Assembly: GCA_963708075.1 (NCBI GenBank)
Contig: OY970194.1
Span: forward strand, 7,040,001-7,104,000
From: Sedimentisphaerales bacterium
GTDB lineage: Bacteria > Planctomycetota > Phycisphaerae > Sedimentisphaerales > Anaerobacaceae
DNA length: 64,000 bases
Direction: 5' to 3'
Translations under genes and position numbers: made by a program
Notes under the pieces: generated by a model
Databases searched by the model: none
What the model was told of the DNA's origin: nothing
The model's input: the letters and a program-made list of their open reading frames with translations, nothing else
Part shown: positions 11,669 to 21,101 of the stretch, piece by piece
How the letters are laid out: each line of letters opens with the position of its first letter
Numbering within the stretch: the stretch's first letter is position 1

Positions 11669-13276
11669 ATGAAAAGAGTATTGGCCATTATTATCGGTTT
11701 CAGTGTGTATGCTCAGCAAACGATTGTCAATGCTGCTCCGGAAGCAGCACCGACGGTCCGTACCACCTCCGGAATCGTGCGCGGCGTGACGGAAGAAGAG
11801 ATCTCCAGTTTCAAAGGAATACCCTATGCTGCTGCTCCGGTCGGTGACAATCGTTGGCGGCCGCCCCAACCCGTACCCGCATGGGAGGGAGTGCGTGATG
11901 CAACCGAGTTTGGCGCAAATTGTGCGCAGGCAGGCTGGCCCCGCGGTTCCGGATCAATTGCGGAGGGCTCATCGGAAGATTGCCTGTATCTCAATTTGTG
12001 GTGTCCTGCCGGGACCAAGCCGGGTGCAAGGCTGCCGGTCATGGTTTGGATCCACGGCGGGGCTTTCGTAGGGGGAAGCGGCTCCGGTCCCGCCACTTCA
12101 GGAAATGGATTTGCCAAACAAGGCGTCATCCTGATGACCTTCAACTACCGTCTTCGGCGCCTCGGCCATTTTGCATTCCCTGCATTGAGTAAAGAGCATC
12201 CGGAAGAGCCGAAAGGCAGTTACGCCTATATGGACCAGATCGCCGCCCTCGAGTGGGTGCAGAAGAACATTGCCGCATTCGGAGGCGATCCGGACAATGT
12301 TACCATTTTCGGCGAATCCGCCGGTGGCGTCTCGGTGCATTCACTTCTGACAATCCCGGCTGCAAGGGGTCTCTTCCATAAGGCGATCAGCCAGTCTGGC
12401 GGTGGCCGGGATGGTGTTCTGACTGGTAGACCGATCCATGAAGAGAACGCCGATCCGTACTACCCCGTTTCGGCGGAAACGATCGGGATGAACTTCGCTC
12501 GCAAACATGGGATCGAGGGCACGGATGCGGCCGCACTGGCCAAGCTCCGCTCCCTGAGCGTGGAGGAGATTGTGGATGGAGGTCAGGAAAGCGATGGCCC
12601 AGGAGGTCTGCCCATCTACTCAGGTCCGATTCTCGACGGTAAGCTGGTTGTAGAAACTGCTCAGAGCGCATACGAGGCCGGCCGGCAGGCACGCGTTCCG
12701 CTCATTATCGGGTCGAATAGTGCGGAAGTGCCGGCTGGCTTCGTGAATGCCAATTCGAAGGAAGAGCTGCTGTCTCTGTTCAGGAACCTGAGGGACGAAG
12801 CGATTGCGGCCTACGATCCTGATGGTACCACTGAGTTCGCCGGGATGCTCACGATGGTCAACACTGACAAGGTATGGGCGGAGCCGGCCCGGTTCACCGC
12901 GAATGCCTGGGCTGCCAAGGGCGATCCGGCCTACATCTATCTCTTCTCCTACGTCCCCGCCTCCATGCAGCAGCGGATGCGGTTTGGCGCACCGCATGGA
13001 TCTGAAATCGCATATGTGTTTAACAACCTCACTGCTCGCTGGGGGGCGGACACCACAACAGCTAAAGACCAAGAGGTCGCCAAGATGATGAACACCTATT
13101 GGACGAACTTCGCCAAGACCGGTGATCCTAATGGTAAGGGACTGCCGAGATGGCCCGTTTACAATCCCAAAGAGAACGAGGTCCTCGAGTTCCGACCCGA
13201 TGGATCGGCAGTCGCTGAACCCGATCCCAAGAAGGTGAGACTGGACGTGATTGAAAAGGCCGCCAAGGCGAAGTGA
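11669..13276 (+). CDS. Type-B carboxylesterase
   Basis: [45 protein letters not shown]. Confidence 0.95.
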   Translation: MKRVLAIIIGFSVYAQQTIVNAAPEAAPTVRTTSGIVRGVTEEEISSFKGIPYAAAPVGDNRWRPPQPVPAWEGVRDATEFGANCAQAGWPRGSGSIAEGSSEDCLYLNLWCPAGTKPGARLPVMVWIHGGAFVGGSGSGPATSGNGFAKQGVILMTFNYRLRRLGHFAFPALSKEHPEEPKGSYAYMDQIAALEWVQKNIAAFGGDPDNVTIFGESAGGVSVHSLLTIPAARGLFHKAISQSGGGRDGVLTGRPIHEENADPYYPVSAETIGMNFARKHGIEGTDAAALAKLRSLSVEEIVDGGQESDGPGGLPIYSGPILDGKLVVETAQSAYEAGRQARVPLIIGSNSAEVPAGFVNANSKEELLSLFRNLRDEAIAAYDPDGTTEFAGMLTMVNTDKVWAEPARFTANAWAAKGDPAYIYLFSYVPASMQQRMRFGAPHGSEIAYVFNNLTARWGADTTTAKDQEVAKMMNTYWTNFAKTGDPNGKGLPRWPVYNPKENEVLEFRPDGSAVAEPDPKKVRLDVIEKAAKAK

Positions 13277-13485
13277 TATGTGCTAAGCCATGAAATCGAA
13301 AAGTAAAACACGCTATCTTGGTCAGAGTTGGTTAAATCGAGTTAAATTCAACTCTGTCAGTAGCTCGATGTTGTTGCTTTCAATGGTAATCCTTCTATGT
13401 TGTGCAAAGAAGGGTGTATCCGGAGCAGATAACAGTGCCATGGAATTATTGATCTTTGAATAGTTAAAGTAAAAGTGACACGATG

Positions 13486-14040
13486 TCACAGTCTAAGCCC
13501 AGCATGCTTGAAGAACGAACGCAAGAGAGACTGGTGAGTTTTTGTCTGCTCCAGCGAATGTCGCACCGCCTGCGTGAGGTCAGTGAGATTCTCCGGGCAG
13601 AAGTTGGCCAAGTCCATGTACTTCGTCCGCGTCCAGACCTGTTCATCAGGATTGAGTTGCGGGGCGTAGGACGGCAGCCATTCGATTTGTACTCGACGAG
13701 GGAACCGACGCCGGAGTTGCTCCACGGCGGACAGATGAACGGGCCAACGATCCAGGACCAGGATGATCCCGTGGGGAAAATGTTCAAGAAGTTCCGCCAC
13801 GAGGGTCTCAATGTCGGGAGTACGGATGTTGTGCTCTTGGAGCGCGAAGTACAGGTCCAGATGCCGACGCTGCGGCGAGACCGTGACCACCGACATTCCG
13901 GAGAGGCGGTCGTGACGCTCCCAACGGTACAGGAGCGGCGTATCCCCATGGGGACCCCAGGTCCGGCGGACCACCGGCTGGAGCATAAAGCCGGTTTCAT
14001 CGAGAAAAACGATGTTTCGACCGCTATGCCGAGCTTTTTT
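13486..14040 (-). CDS. IS630 transposase DDE ORF, probably joined to the HTH ORF by programmed frameshift
   Basis: LVLDRWPVH and WLPSYAPQLNPDEQVW (DDE_3-like); overlaps the upstream ORF at the A8 run (+ strand T8 at 14035-14042). Confidence 0.88.
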   Translation of the reverse strand, partial: KKARHSGRNIVFLDETGFMLQPVVRRTWGPHGDTPLLYRWERHDRLSGMSVVTVSPQRRHLDLYFALQEHNIRTPDIETLVAELLEHFPHGIILVLDRWPVHLSAVEQLRRRFPRRVQIEWLPSYAPQLNPDEQVWTRTKYMDLANFCPENLTDLTQAVRHSLEQTKTHQSLLRSFFKHAGLRL

Positions 14041-14500
14041 TTATACGCGGCCAGTCTTGTTGACGCCAACGGGCAATGGCCTCTTCGTCGCGTTCGCGCG
14101 CCCGGCCTTCGGGTTTCTGGCAACTCCAGCCGATGCCACGCAGCACGTGCCAGACCCCGGAAGGGTCGTAGCGGACGCCGAAACGCCTCTCGATCACTTC
14201 GGCGATCCGCTTCAGCGTCCACAGGTCGGTCATATATCCGTGGGCGAGAGGACCTTTTAACAGCAACCGTTCCAGCTTCTGGCGTTGCCGGACCGTCAAC
14301 TTGGGCCGGCGGCCGGGATGCGGCTTGGCCTTCAAGCCGTCCCGTCCCGCCTGCTGAGAAATCTTCTTCCACCGGGATACAGCCGCCGGCGAGACGCCGA
14401 GTCTCCGGGCCACTTCGCTGGGACCGTGACCGGCTTCGAGCAACGCGAAGGCCTGAAGCCGGTGACATTCGAGCTCTTCGGGTTTTCCTGGGGTTCTCAT
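14024..14500 (-). CDS. IS630 transposase N-terminal HTH ORF
   Basis: SEVARRLGVSPAAVSRW, LWTLKRIAEVI and GWSCQKP..RARERDE; ends WPRIKK at an A8 slippery run. Confidence 0.9.
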   Translation of the reverse strand: MRTPGKPEELECHRLQAFALLEAGHGPSEVARRLGVSPAAVSRWKKISQQAGRDGLKAKPHPGRRPKLTVRQRQKLERLLLKGPLAHGYMTDLWTLKRIAEVIERRFGVRYDPSGVWHVLRGIGWSCQKPEGRARERDEEAIARWRQQDWPRIKKSSA

Positions 14501-15491
14501 GCATGAAGATATCGATCCGTCACGGCGATTTACTTTAACTATTCAAAGATCAATAGAATGTAGAGGAGAGGACGGGGAAGTCACTCACCATCTAACAACC
14601 AATAATTATGTCCGCGACATTGTGGAACACCCTGCATTTGACGGGTTTGGCGAGTTGCTGTTGCCTCGTGATGACAATTCTGGTTACTACAACACGCAAC
14701 TTCACAATGTTGGTTCACTTATGCCGTATCACAGCCATGTAGAACCAAACATTGTGGTTGGTGCACTTAACCACATGATAGACGAAGTAAACGATGGCAA
14801 GACAGTATTCTACGAATTCTATACCGACGAGCAAAAGCAACAAGATCCGAATAAAGGGAATACCGGAGTATTCTTGTATCGTGGAGATGCGAATGCTCCT
14901 TTTGCCGTGGTGTGTCCCGGCGGAGGGTTTTCGTATGTTGGTTCACTACACGAAGGATTTCCTTTGGCGCAGCGAATAAGCGAATCAGGACTTAATGCGT
15001 TTGTAATACGGTATCGTATCGGCAGTGAACGCTATGCTACCGAAGACCTGGCGGCAGCGATAGCGTATATCTTCCGTAATGCGGAAACTCTCGGAGTGAG
15101 CACAAGAGACTATTCGGTCTGGGGCGGATCGGCGGGAGCTCGTATGGCAGGCAATATTGCTTTGGACGGAGTATCCGCTTATGGAGGCGGCGATCTCCCG
15201 AAACCCGCTGCAGCCGTCATAGCGTATACCGGCCAATCGAGCTATTCAAGTGATTTCTCTCCGGCTTTCATTACCGTAGCCGCCAACGATGCAATAGCCA
15301 ACGTCCATACGGTGGAAAGGCGTGTAGAGAATTTGAGAAATGCCGGGGTGGAGGTCGAATATCGCAGGTATCAAAGTGCAGGTCATGGATTCGGTTCTCG
15401 GTACAGGCACGGATGCCGAAGGATGGTTGGACTTGGCTGTTCGCTTCTGGCAACGACATATAAGTGAAGAAGTGTCTGAAAGGACAGAATA

Positions 15492-16286
15492 GTGCGACCA
15501 GGAAGAAGGCACGGCGACATAAGGACGGAGAGGCGATCCCACTGCTATGGGGCAGCCTTCACCCTGATCGAACTGCTTGTGGTCATCGCGGTGATCGCGC
15601 TGCTGATGGGTATCATGGTGCCCGTGTTGGGCAAGGCTCGGGAGAAAGCCAGACGGGTTGCCTGCATGGGGAACATCCGACAGTTCATCGTCGGCATCCA
15701 GGCCTATGCCAGCGACTTTCGCGAGACCCTTCCTTCGGGCCTGTCCGATGCCAACAATCCGCAGGATGAGCACACCCCTGTCCTTTCCAGGTCGGTACGC
15801 ACCGCGTTGGTGCGGATCATCGGCGATGAACGCTGCCTCTCCTGCCCTTGGCTGAGCGAGCCCTTCAACCAGCCGGGCGGGTGGTACTACGTCTACGAGG
15901 GTCGCGATTACGGCTACGTCCTCGGCTACAACTACCTGGGAGGCCACAAAGGCACACCCTGGCCCCTGGTGGGGCCGGCGATCAGCGAATGGGTATCGCC
16001 CCAGAGATCGTTCGAGCGGGGTTCCAGGCCGGTAGTGACTGAGCTCAACGCCTGGTCCACGGGCGAGATGAAGACCTTTGCCCCGCATGGACCCAGAGGC
16101 GCGATCCTGGAGGGCAGAGATTCGACCAACGCGAGTAGGGAGGGGATTTCCTCGGAGCAGATCGGCGCGGTCGGCGGTCACGTCGGGTGCCTGGACGGCT
16201 CTGTCTCCTGGAAGCACATCAAAGACATGGAGGTTCATCGGGGCTCGCGGCTCTGGGATGAGAGTGGCTGTTTTACGACTTGGTGA
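15492..16286 (+). CDS. Prepilin-type N-terminal cleavage/methylation domain protein
   Basis: AFTLIELLVVIAVIALLMGIMVPVLGKAREKARRVAC; C-terminal GHVGCLDGSV. Confidence 0.92.
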   Translation: MRPGRRHGDIRTERRSHCYGAAFTLIELLVVIAVIALLMGIMVPVLGKAREKARRVACMGNIRQFIVGIQAYASDFRETLPSGLSDANNPQDEHTPVLSRSVRTALVRIIGDERCLSCPWLSEPFNQPGGWYYVYEGRDYGYVLGYNYLGGHKGTPWPLVGPAISEWVSPQRSFERGSRPVVTELNAWSTGEMKTFAPHGPRGAILEGRDSTNASREGISSEQIGAVGGHVGCLDGSVSWKHIKDMEVHRGSRLWDESGCFTTW

Positions 16287-16308
16287 CTGGATATAGAGGA
16301 TTCTGCCT

Positions 16309-17859
16309 ATGTGTACCACTGCTTACAGACTTACGACAATGTCTCTTCTGATCCTGATGGTGGCTCTGATGCCTGCCCGTGTGATGGCCGGCGATTGGCC
16401 GATCTTCCGCGGCCCCCAGCACAACGGCATCTCTTCCGAGCGACATTGGGGAGAGGACTGGGCCAACTGTGCGATGAAGGTTAGATGGACCACGGCGGTG
16501 GGCATGGGAGCCTCCACCGTCGCGGTGGCTGATGGGCGGCTCTATACGATGGGCAATCGCCAACTCCCTGTCGACAGGGCCACGACGGCCTGCGACGTGG
16601 TCTACTGCCTGGATGCAATCAGTGGCATCCTCATCTGGAGCTACTCCTACCCGGCGGCCTTGGGGGCCAACCTCTACGAGGGCGGCACCACCACGACACC
16701 GACCGTAGCAGGTGACAAGGTGTACACCCTGAGCAAGCAGGGCGTGGCTTACTGCTTTGATGCCAAGACTGGGGCGGTGCTCTGGCAGGTCGACCTGGTC
16801 GCCAAGTATGGCGTCCGCGCGCCGACATGGTCCTTTGCGGGGTCGCCCTATCCCTATGGGGACCTGATGGTCTACAACGTGGGCAAGCACGGTCTGGCCC
16901 TGCACGCCAGCGATGGAACATTGGCCTGGACAACCGGCACCGACGTATCGGGATACTCCACGCCGGTGCCGCTTGATGACAACGGTCAGCAACTCCTGGT
17001 CTTGATGGGATACAGGACCTTTGCGGCGGTCGAGCCCCTGACCGGCAGTGTCATGTGGGAGTATCCTTGGGTCAACGGTCTTCCGGGGAATATTGCAGAC
17101 CCGGTCATAGATGGCAATGACTTGTTTGTCTCATCGGGCTACAACAAAGGCGCTGCCTTGGTGCGGGCATCAGGCGGCCAGGTCGCCCAGGTCTGGCTCC
17201 AGAGGAACATGCAGACCTGCTACAACGCTGTCGTGCTCTGGCACGGGTATCTGTACGGACAGAATGACAGTGGTACGTGCCTGAGCTGTGTCGAGTTCAG
17301 CACCGGCAAAGTGATCTGGAATAAAGGGGGCTTCGGCCGTGCCTGTGTTACCCTGGCGGATGGCAGACTGATCGTCCTGAGCGAGACAGGAGAGCTGAGC
17401 ATCGGCGAGGCGTCACCAGCAGGCTACGTGCCTGCTGTCAGAGCTAAGATCCTGAGTGGCGAGTGCCGTTCCGTGCCCGTCCTGGCCAACGGGAAGATCT
17501 ATGTTCGCAGTACGGCAGGCAGCTTGGCCTGCGTGGAGCTGACGACTTCCGCGCCCAGGGTCAACGCAGGCGGCAATGCGGTCACCTCGCTCAAGGCCGG
17601 CGAAACGACCGTGGTCTTGAACGGTTCTGTGGCAGACGACGCAAACGACGTCACCAGTATTCGCTGGTCTGTCCTTTCTGCGCCGGACGACTCTATCGTC
17701 GAGTTTGCCGACAGCTCCAAGCCTGCCACCACGGCCAGCTTCACCAAGCTGGGTGTGTACGTCCTGGAGCTCTGGGCGATCGATGCAGAGTCCCAGGAAG
17801 GTTCTGACCGAATCGAGGTCAGGGTGGACGCGGATGCCTCCGAGCACGACGATTTGTGA
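16309..17859 (+). CDS. PQQ-like beta-propeller protein with C-terminal PKD/Ig-like domain
   Basis: GDWPIFRGP and PVLANGKIYVRS, followed by VNAG...LNGSVADD...W...GVYVLEL. Confidence 0.88.
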   Translation: MCTTAYRLTTMSLLILMVALMPARVMAGDWPIFRGPQHNGISSERHWGEDWANCAMKVRWTTAVGMGASTVAVADGRLYTMGNRQLPVDRATTACDVVYCLDAISGILIWSYSYPAALGANLYEGGTTTTPTVAGDKVYTLSKQGVAYCFDAKTGAVLWQVDLVAKYGVRAPTWSFAGSPYPYGDLMVYNVGKHGLALHASDGTLAWTTGTDVSGYSTPVPLDDNGQQLLVLMGYRTFAAVEPLTGSVMWEYPWVNGLPGNIADPVIDGNDLFVSSGYNKGAALVRASGGQVAQVWLQRNMQTCYNAVVLWHGYLYGQNDSGTCLSCVEFSTGKVIWNKGGFGRACVTLADGRLIVLSETGELSIGEASPAGYVPAVRAKILSGECRSVPVLANGKIYVRSTAGSLACVELTTSAPRVNAGGNAVTSLKAGETTVVLNGSVADDANDVTSIRWSVLSAPDDSIVEFADSSKPATTASFTKLGVYVLELWAIDAESQEGSDRIEVRVDADASEHDDL

Positions 17860-17861
17860 AA

Positions 17862-17945
17862 GGCGCGGCCGTTTTCCGGTCGGTGTCATCGGAAACGCTG
17901 CGTCGGCATACCTTTGAGTGTGTTGTGAGTAAGCATGGTGCGACG
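17862..17945. repeat. Intergenic structured repeat, copy 2 of 3
   Basis: Begins 3 nt after the stop codon at 17859; aligns with copies 1 and 3. Confidence 0.85.
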
Positions 17946-17970
17946 GGCAAAGAAAGAGAGGGTATCGACT

Positions 17971-20961
17971 GTGGGAAGAAGTCTCGTACTCGCGAGTTGT
18001 TTGGTCATGATGATTGCGAGTTGTGTTTCGGCGCAGGAAGGTTCGGGTGTCTCACTCGTCATCAACGAGGTGATGGCGTCCAATAGCGCGACGAAAGCCG
18101 ATCCGCAGGGTCAGTATGACGATTGGATCGAGGTCTACAACTATGGAAGCGCGTCGTTTGACGTGGGCGGGTTATACCTGACGGACGATCCGGAGAGGCC
18201 CACCAAGTGGCGAATCCCTACGACCGATCCGACCCTGACGACCATCGCCCCCGGCGGCTGTCTCCTGATTTGGGCGGATGGAGACACACAGGCTCCGGGT
18301 TTGCACGCGAGCTTCAAGCTCAGTTCCGGCGGGGAGGAACTGTGCTTGTTCGATGTCGACGGCGTGACTCTGATCGATCGCCTGGCCTTCCCGGAGCTGC
18401 CTTCAGACGTCGCCTATGGACGGTATCCCAACGCCGGAGAGGGCTTACAGTACTTCACCTCGCCGACGCCTGGGACGGCCAACGCAGAAGGCTACGAAGG
18501 GCTGGTCGGCGCTGTTGCGTTCAGCCAGGCGCGTGGATTCTACGATGCACCCTTCTCTGTCACCCTCTCTACGAACACGCCTGAGGCGAAGATCTACTAC
18601 TCACTGGACTGCGAGCTGCCCGGCCAAAGCGCAACTCGAACGGTTACGGGCACGGTCTATACGGAGCCCATCAACATCAGCAAGACCACGTGTCTGCGGG
18701 CTGTAGCGACTCGCCAGGGGTGGAAGTCGTCGGCCGTCTACACGCAGACGTACATCGTCGTGAGCGACGTGATCAAGCAGTCGCCTACTGGCGGCCGGCC
18801 CGGCGCGAATTGGCCTGCTCCGTATGCCGGCGGTGGCGGTTCTCCCTGGGGCGGCGGCGGAGCACAGGTAATCGACTATGGTATGGACCCCGATGTGGTG
18901 AATGACCTGAGATACAAGGACGTGATAGAGGACGCGATGCTGTCGCTTCCCTCGATTTCGCTGGTGACGCCCTTGGCCAACCTGTTCAATTCGAGCACAG
19001 GGATTTACGTCAACGCCCTGCAGGACGGCATCGCGTGGGAGCGTCCCGTCTCGGTGGAACTGATCTATCCGGATGGAACGCCAGGGTTCCAGATCGATGC
19101 GGGTCTGCGGATTCGCGGGGGCTACGGTCGCCAGGGAGGCAATGCCAAGCATGCGTTTCGGCTCTTCTTCCGGGCCGAGTACGGCACATCCAAGCTGGAA
19201 TACCCTCTGTTCGGCGATGAAGGGGTCGATTCCTTCGACAAGGTGGACCTGCGGACCGAGAGCAACTACTCGTGGGCTTTCAAGGGCAGTTCCGGCGACG
19301 ACAACGGCGGCAAGAACACCCTGCTGCGGGACGTCTTTTCCCGCGATCTGCAGGGGGCGACCGGCCAACCCTACACGAGGAGCCGGTATTACCATCTTTA
19401 CCTCGATGGACAGTATTGGGGAGTCTACCAGACCCAGGAACGCTCCGAGGCCCGCTATGCGGCCTCGTACTTCGAGGGCAATAGCGAGGACTACGATGTG
19501 GCCAAGGTCAACGCCGGTCCCGGGGCACCCTATACGATCGAAGTGACGGACGGCACTCTGGACGCATACAATCGGCTCTGGCAGGCGGCCAGCCAGGGGT
19601 TCAGCGCAAATGCGGCGTACTACAAGGTGCAGGGACTCAACCCGGACGGCACTGTCAACCCCGCCTACGAGCGGCTTCTTGACGTCGACAACGTGATCGA
19701 CTACATGATCTGCACATTCTACGTCGGCGACCTCGACGCTCCCATCTCGAGTTTCCTCCAGAACAATCGGCCGAACAACTTCTACGCCGTCTACAATCAC
19801 ACAGACCCCGATGGCTTCAAGTTCTTCCGCCACGATTGCGAGCACACGATGTTCAACGTGAACGAGAACCGCACCGGCCCCTATCCGGCCGGCTCGCAAT
19901 CCCAATACTTCAATCCACAATGGCTGCACCAGCAGCTCGCGACCAACACAGAAGACAAGATGCGTTTTGCGGACCACGTGTACAGGCACTTCTTCAACGA
20001 CGGCCCGATGACGTCGGCCGGTGCCGCCAGACTCTTGACGGCCCGCAAAGACACCATCGATCTGGCGATCATCGCGGAATCCGCCCGCTGGGGCGACGCC
20101 AAGGTCGCCAAGCCCCGGACCAAAGACGACGACTGGCTGCCCCAGGTGCGCTTCCTGCTCAACGATTATTTGCCCAAGCGGACGGACATCGTTCTCAACC
20201 AGCTCAAGGCCAAAGGATGGTATCCAAGCATCGAGGCGCCGACCTTCAATCAGCACGGCGGAGTGGCTGCGAAGGGATTCAACCTGACCATGACGGCGGT
20301 CTTTGGGGATATGTACTACACCACCGACGGCACAGACCCGCGCCTGCCGGGCGGGGCCATCAATACCGCGCACGCGACGAAGTACACCGGGCCTGTCACA
20401 TTGACCGAGTCCACTCGTATCAGAGCCCGGGCGTTCTTCGGCATCTGGAGCGCGCTTCATGAGGCGGTTTTCGCGATTGGGCCCGTGGCGGAGGGTCTGC
20501 GGATCAGCGAGATCATGTACCACCCGGCCGGGGATCCAAACGCCGAGTACATCGAGCTAACCAACGTTGGGACCGAGCCTATGAATCTTAACCTGGTCCG
20601 ATTCACCAACGGAATCGACTTCACCTTCTCGAGCTTTGAGCTTGCCCCCGGCAAGTGCTGCTTGGTGGTCAAGGATGTCACCGCCTTCGATGCGAAATAT
20701 GGCCCCGGCCTGCCCGTCGCCGGTCAATTCGCCGGTTCCCTGGCCAACGAGGGTGAGAGGATCACGCTGGTGGATGCCGCCCGCGTGACGATTCAAAGCT
20801 TTAAGTACGAAGACGACTGGTATGACACCACTGACGGCCAGGGGTATTCTCTGACAGCTCTGGCCTCGGCGGAGTCTGATCCGGACCAACGGTCACAGAA
20901 GGACGCCTGGCGGGCGAGCACACAGTTGGGCGGCTCCCCCGGCGTCTTCGATGGCCACTGA
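17971..20961 (+). CDS. CotH kinase-family protein with lamin-tail and Fn3-associated domains
   Basis: LVINEVMASN...DDWIEVYN, YHLYLDGQYWGVY, AESARWGD, YYTTDGTDPR and LRISEIMYHP. GTG at 17971 preferred because the ATG at 17935 lies inside the repeat; start uncertain. Confidence 0.88.
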   Translation: MGRSLVLASCLVMMIASCVSAQEGSGVSLVINEVMASNSATKADPQGQYDDWIEVYNYGSASFDVGGLYLTDDPERPTKWRIPTTDPTLTTIAPGGCLLIWADGDTQAPGLHASFKLSSGGEELCLFDVDGVTLIDRLAFPELPSDVAYGRYPNAGEGLQYFTSPTPGTANAEGYEGLVGAVAFSQARGFYDAPFSVTLSTNTPEAKIYYSLDCELPGQSATRTVTGTVYTEPINISKTTCLRAVATRQGWKSSAVYTQTYIVVSDVIKQSPTGGRPGANWPAPYAGGGGSPWGGGGAQVIDYGMDPDVVNDLRYKDVIEDAMLSLPSISLVTPLANLFNSSTGIYVNALQDGIAWERPVSVELIYPDGTPGFQIDAGLRIRGGYGRQGGNAKHAFRLFFRAEYGTSKLEYPLFGDEGVDSFDKVDLRTESNYSWAFKGSSGDDNGGKNTLLRDVFSRDLQGATGQPYTRSRYYHLYLDGQYWGVYQTQERSEARYAASYFEGNSEDYDVAKVNAGPGAPYTIEVTDGTLDAYNRLWQAASQGFSANAAYYKVQGLNPDGTVNPAYERLLDVDNVIDYMICTFYVGDLDAPISSFLQNNRPNNFYAVYNHTDPDGFKFFRHDCEHTMFNVNENRTGPYPAGSQSQYFNPQWLHQQLATNTEDKMRFADHVYRHFFNDGPMTSAGAARLLTARKDTIDLAIIAESARWGDAKVAKPRTKDDDWLPQVRFLLNDYLPKRTDIVLNQLKAKGWYPSIEAPTFNQHGGVAAKGFNLTMTAVFGDMYYTTDGTDPRLPGGAINTAHATKYTGPVTLTESTRIRARAFFGIWSALHEAVFAIGPVAEGLRISEIMYHPAGDPNAEYIELTNVGTEPMNLNLVRFTNGIDFTFSSFELAPGKCCLVVKDVTAFDAKYGPGLPVAGQFAGSLANEGERITLVDAARVTIQSFKYEDDWYDTTDGQGYSLTALASAESDPDQRSQKDAWRASTQLGGSPGVFDGH

Positions 20962-21023
20962 CTGATGTTCTGAAGGATGGCGTCCCGATGGTTATCCGGA
21001 AAGACTCCGACCCGCAAGAATAA
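20961..21023 (+). pseudogene. Orphan 3' end of a kinase paralog
   Basis: TDVLKDGVPMVIRKDSDPQE* versus ADVVEDGIPMVTRKNSE* at the end of the kinase (4098-4151). Confidence 0.7.
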
Positions 21024-21101
21024 CTAAGAGAACGGTGTGAAACTGGGGACTAGACCCGTTTCAGGTCATACACACGATTATCCATGAAAGGAGCAAAAGA
21101 G

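Larger units (their letters stand above)
13449..14553 (-). mobile_element. IS630-family insertion sequence (~1105 bp)
   Basis: Perfect 25-bp terminal IR TTGATCTTTGAATAGTTAAAGTAAA; TA duplication at 13447-13448 and 14554-14555; split transposase. Confidence 0.93.
13290..15492 (+). pseudogene. Alpha/beta hydrolase interrupted by IS630, with an extra +1 frameshift near 15394
   Basis: The 5' part MKSKSK...DNSAMEL joins in frame to ECRGEDGEV... when 13449-14555 is removed. CPGGGF and WGGSAG motifs; the shifted frame gives GHGFGLGTGTDAEGWLDLAVRFW...TAG at 15492. Confidence 0.85.

Noticed and set aside
13483..14538. 351-aa plus-strand and 346-aa minus-strand ORFs spanning the IS
   Set aside because: Alternative frames of the IS630 transposase.
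18601..20523. 640-aa minus-strand ORF, and similar long antisense ORFs (28277-30181, 44893-46146, 49332-51113, 58971-60182)
   Set aside because: Shadow frames of high-GC3 genes on the opposite strand, with no motifs of their own.
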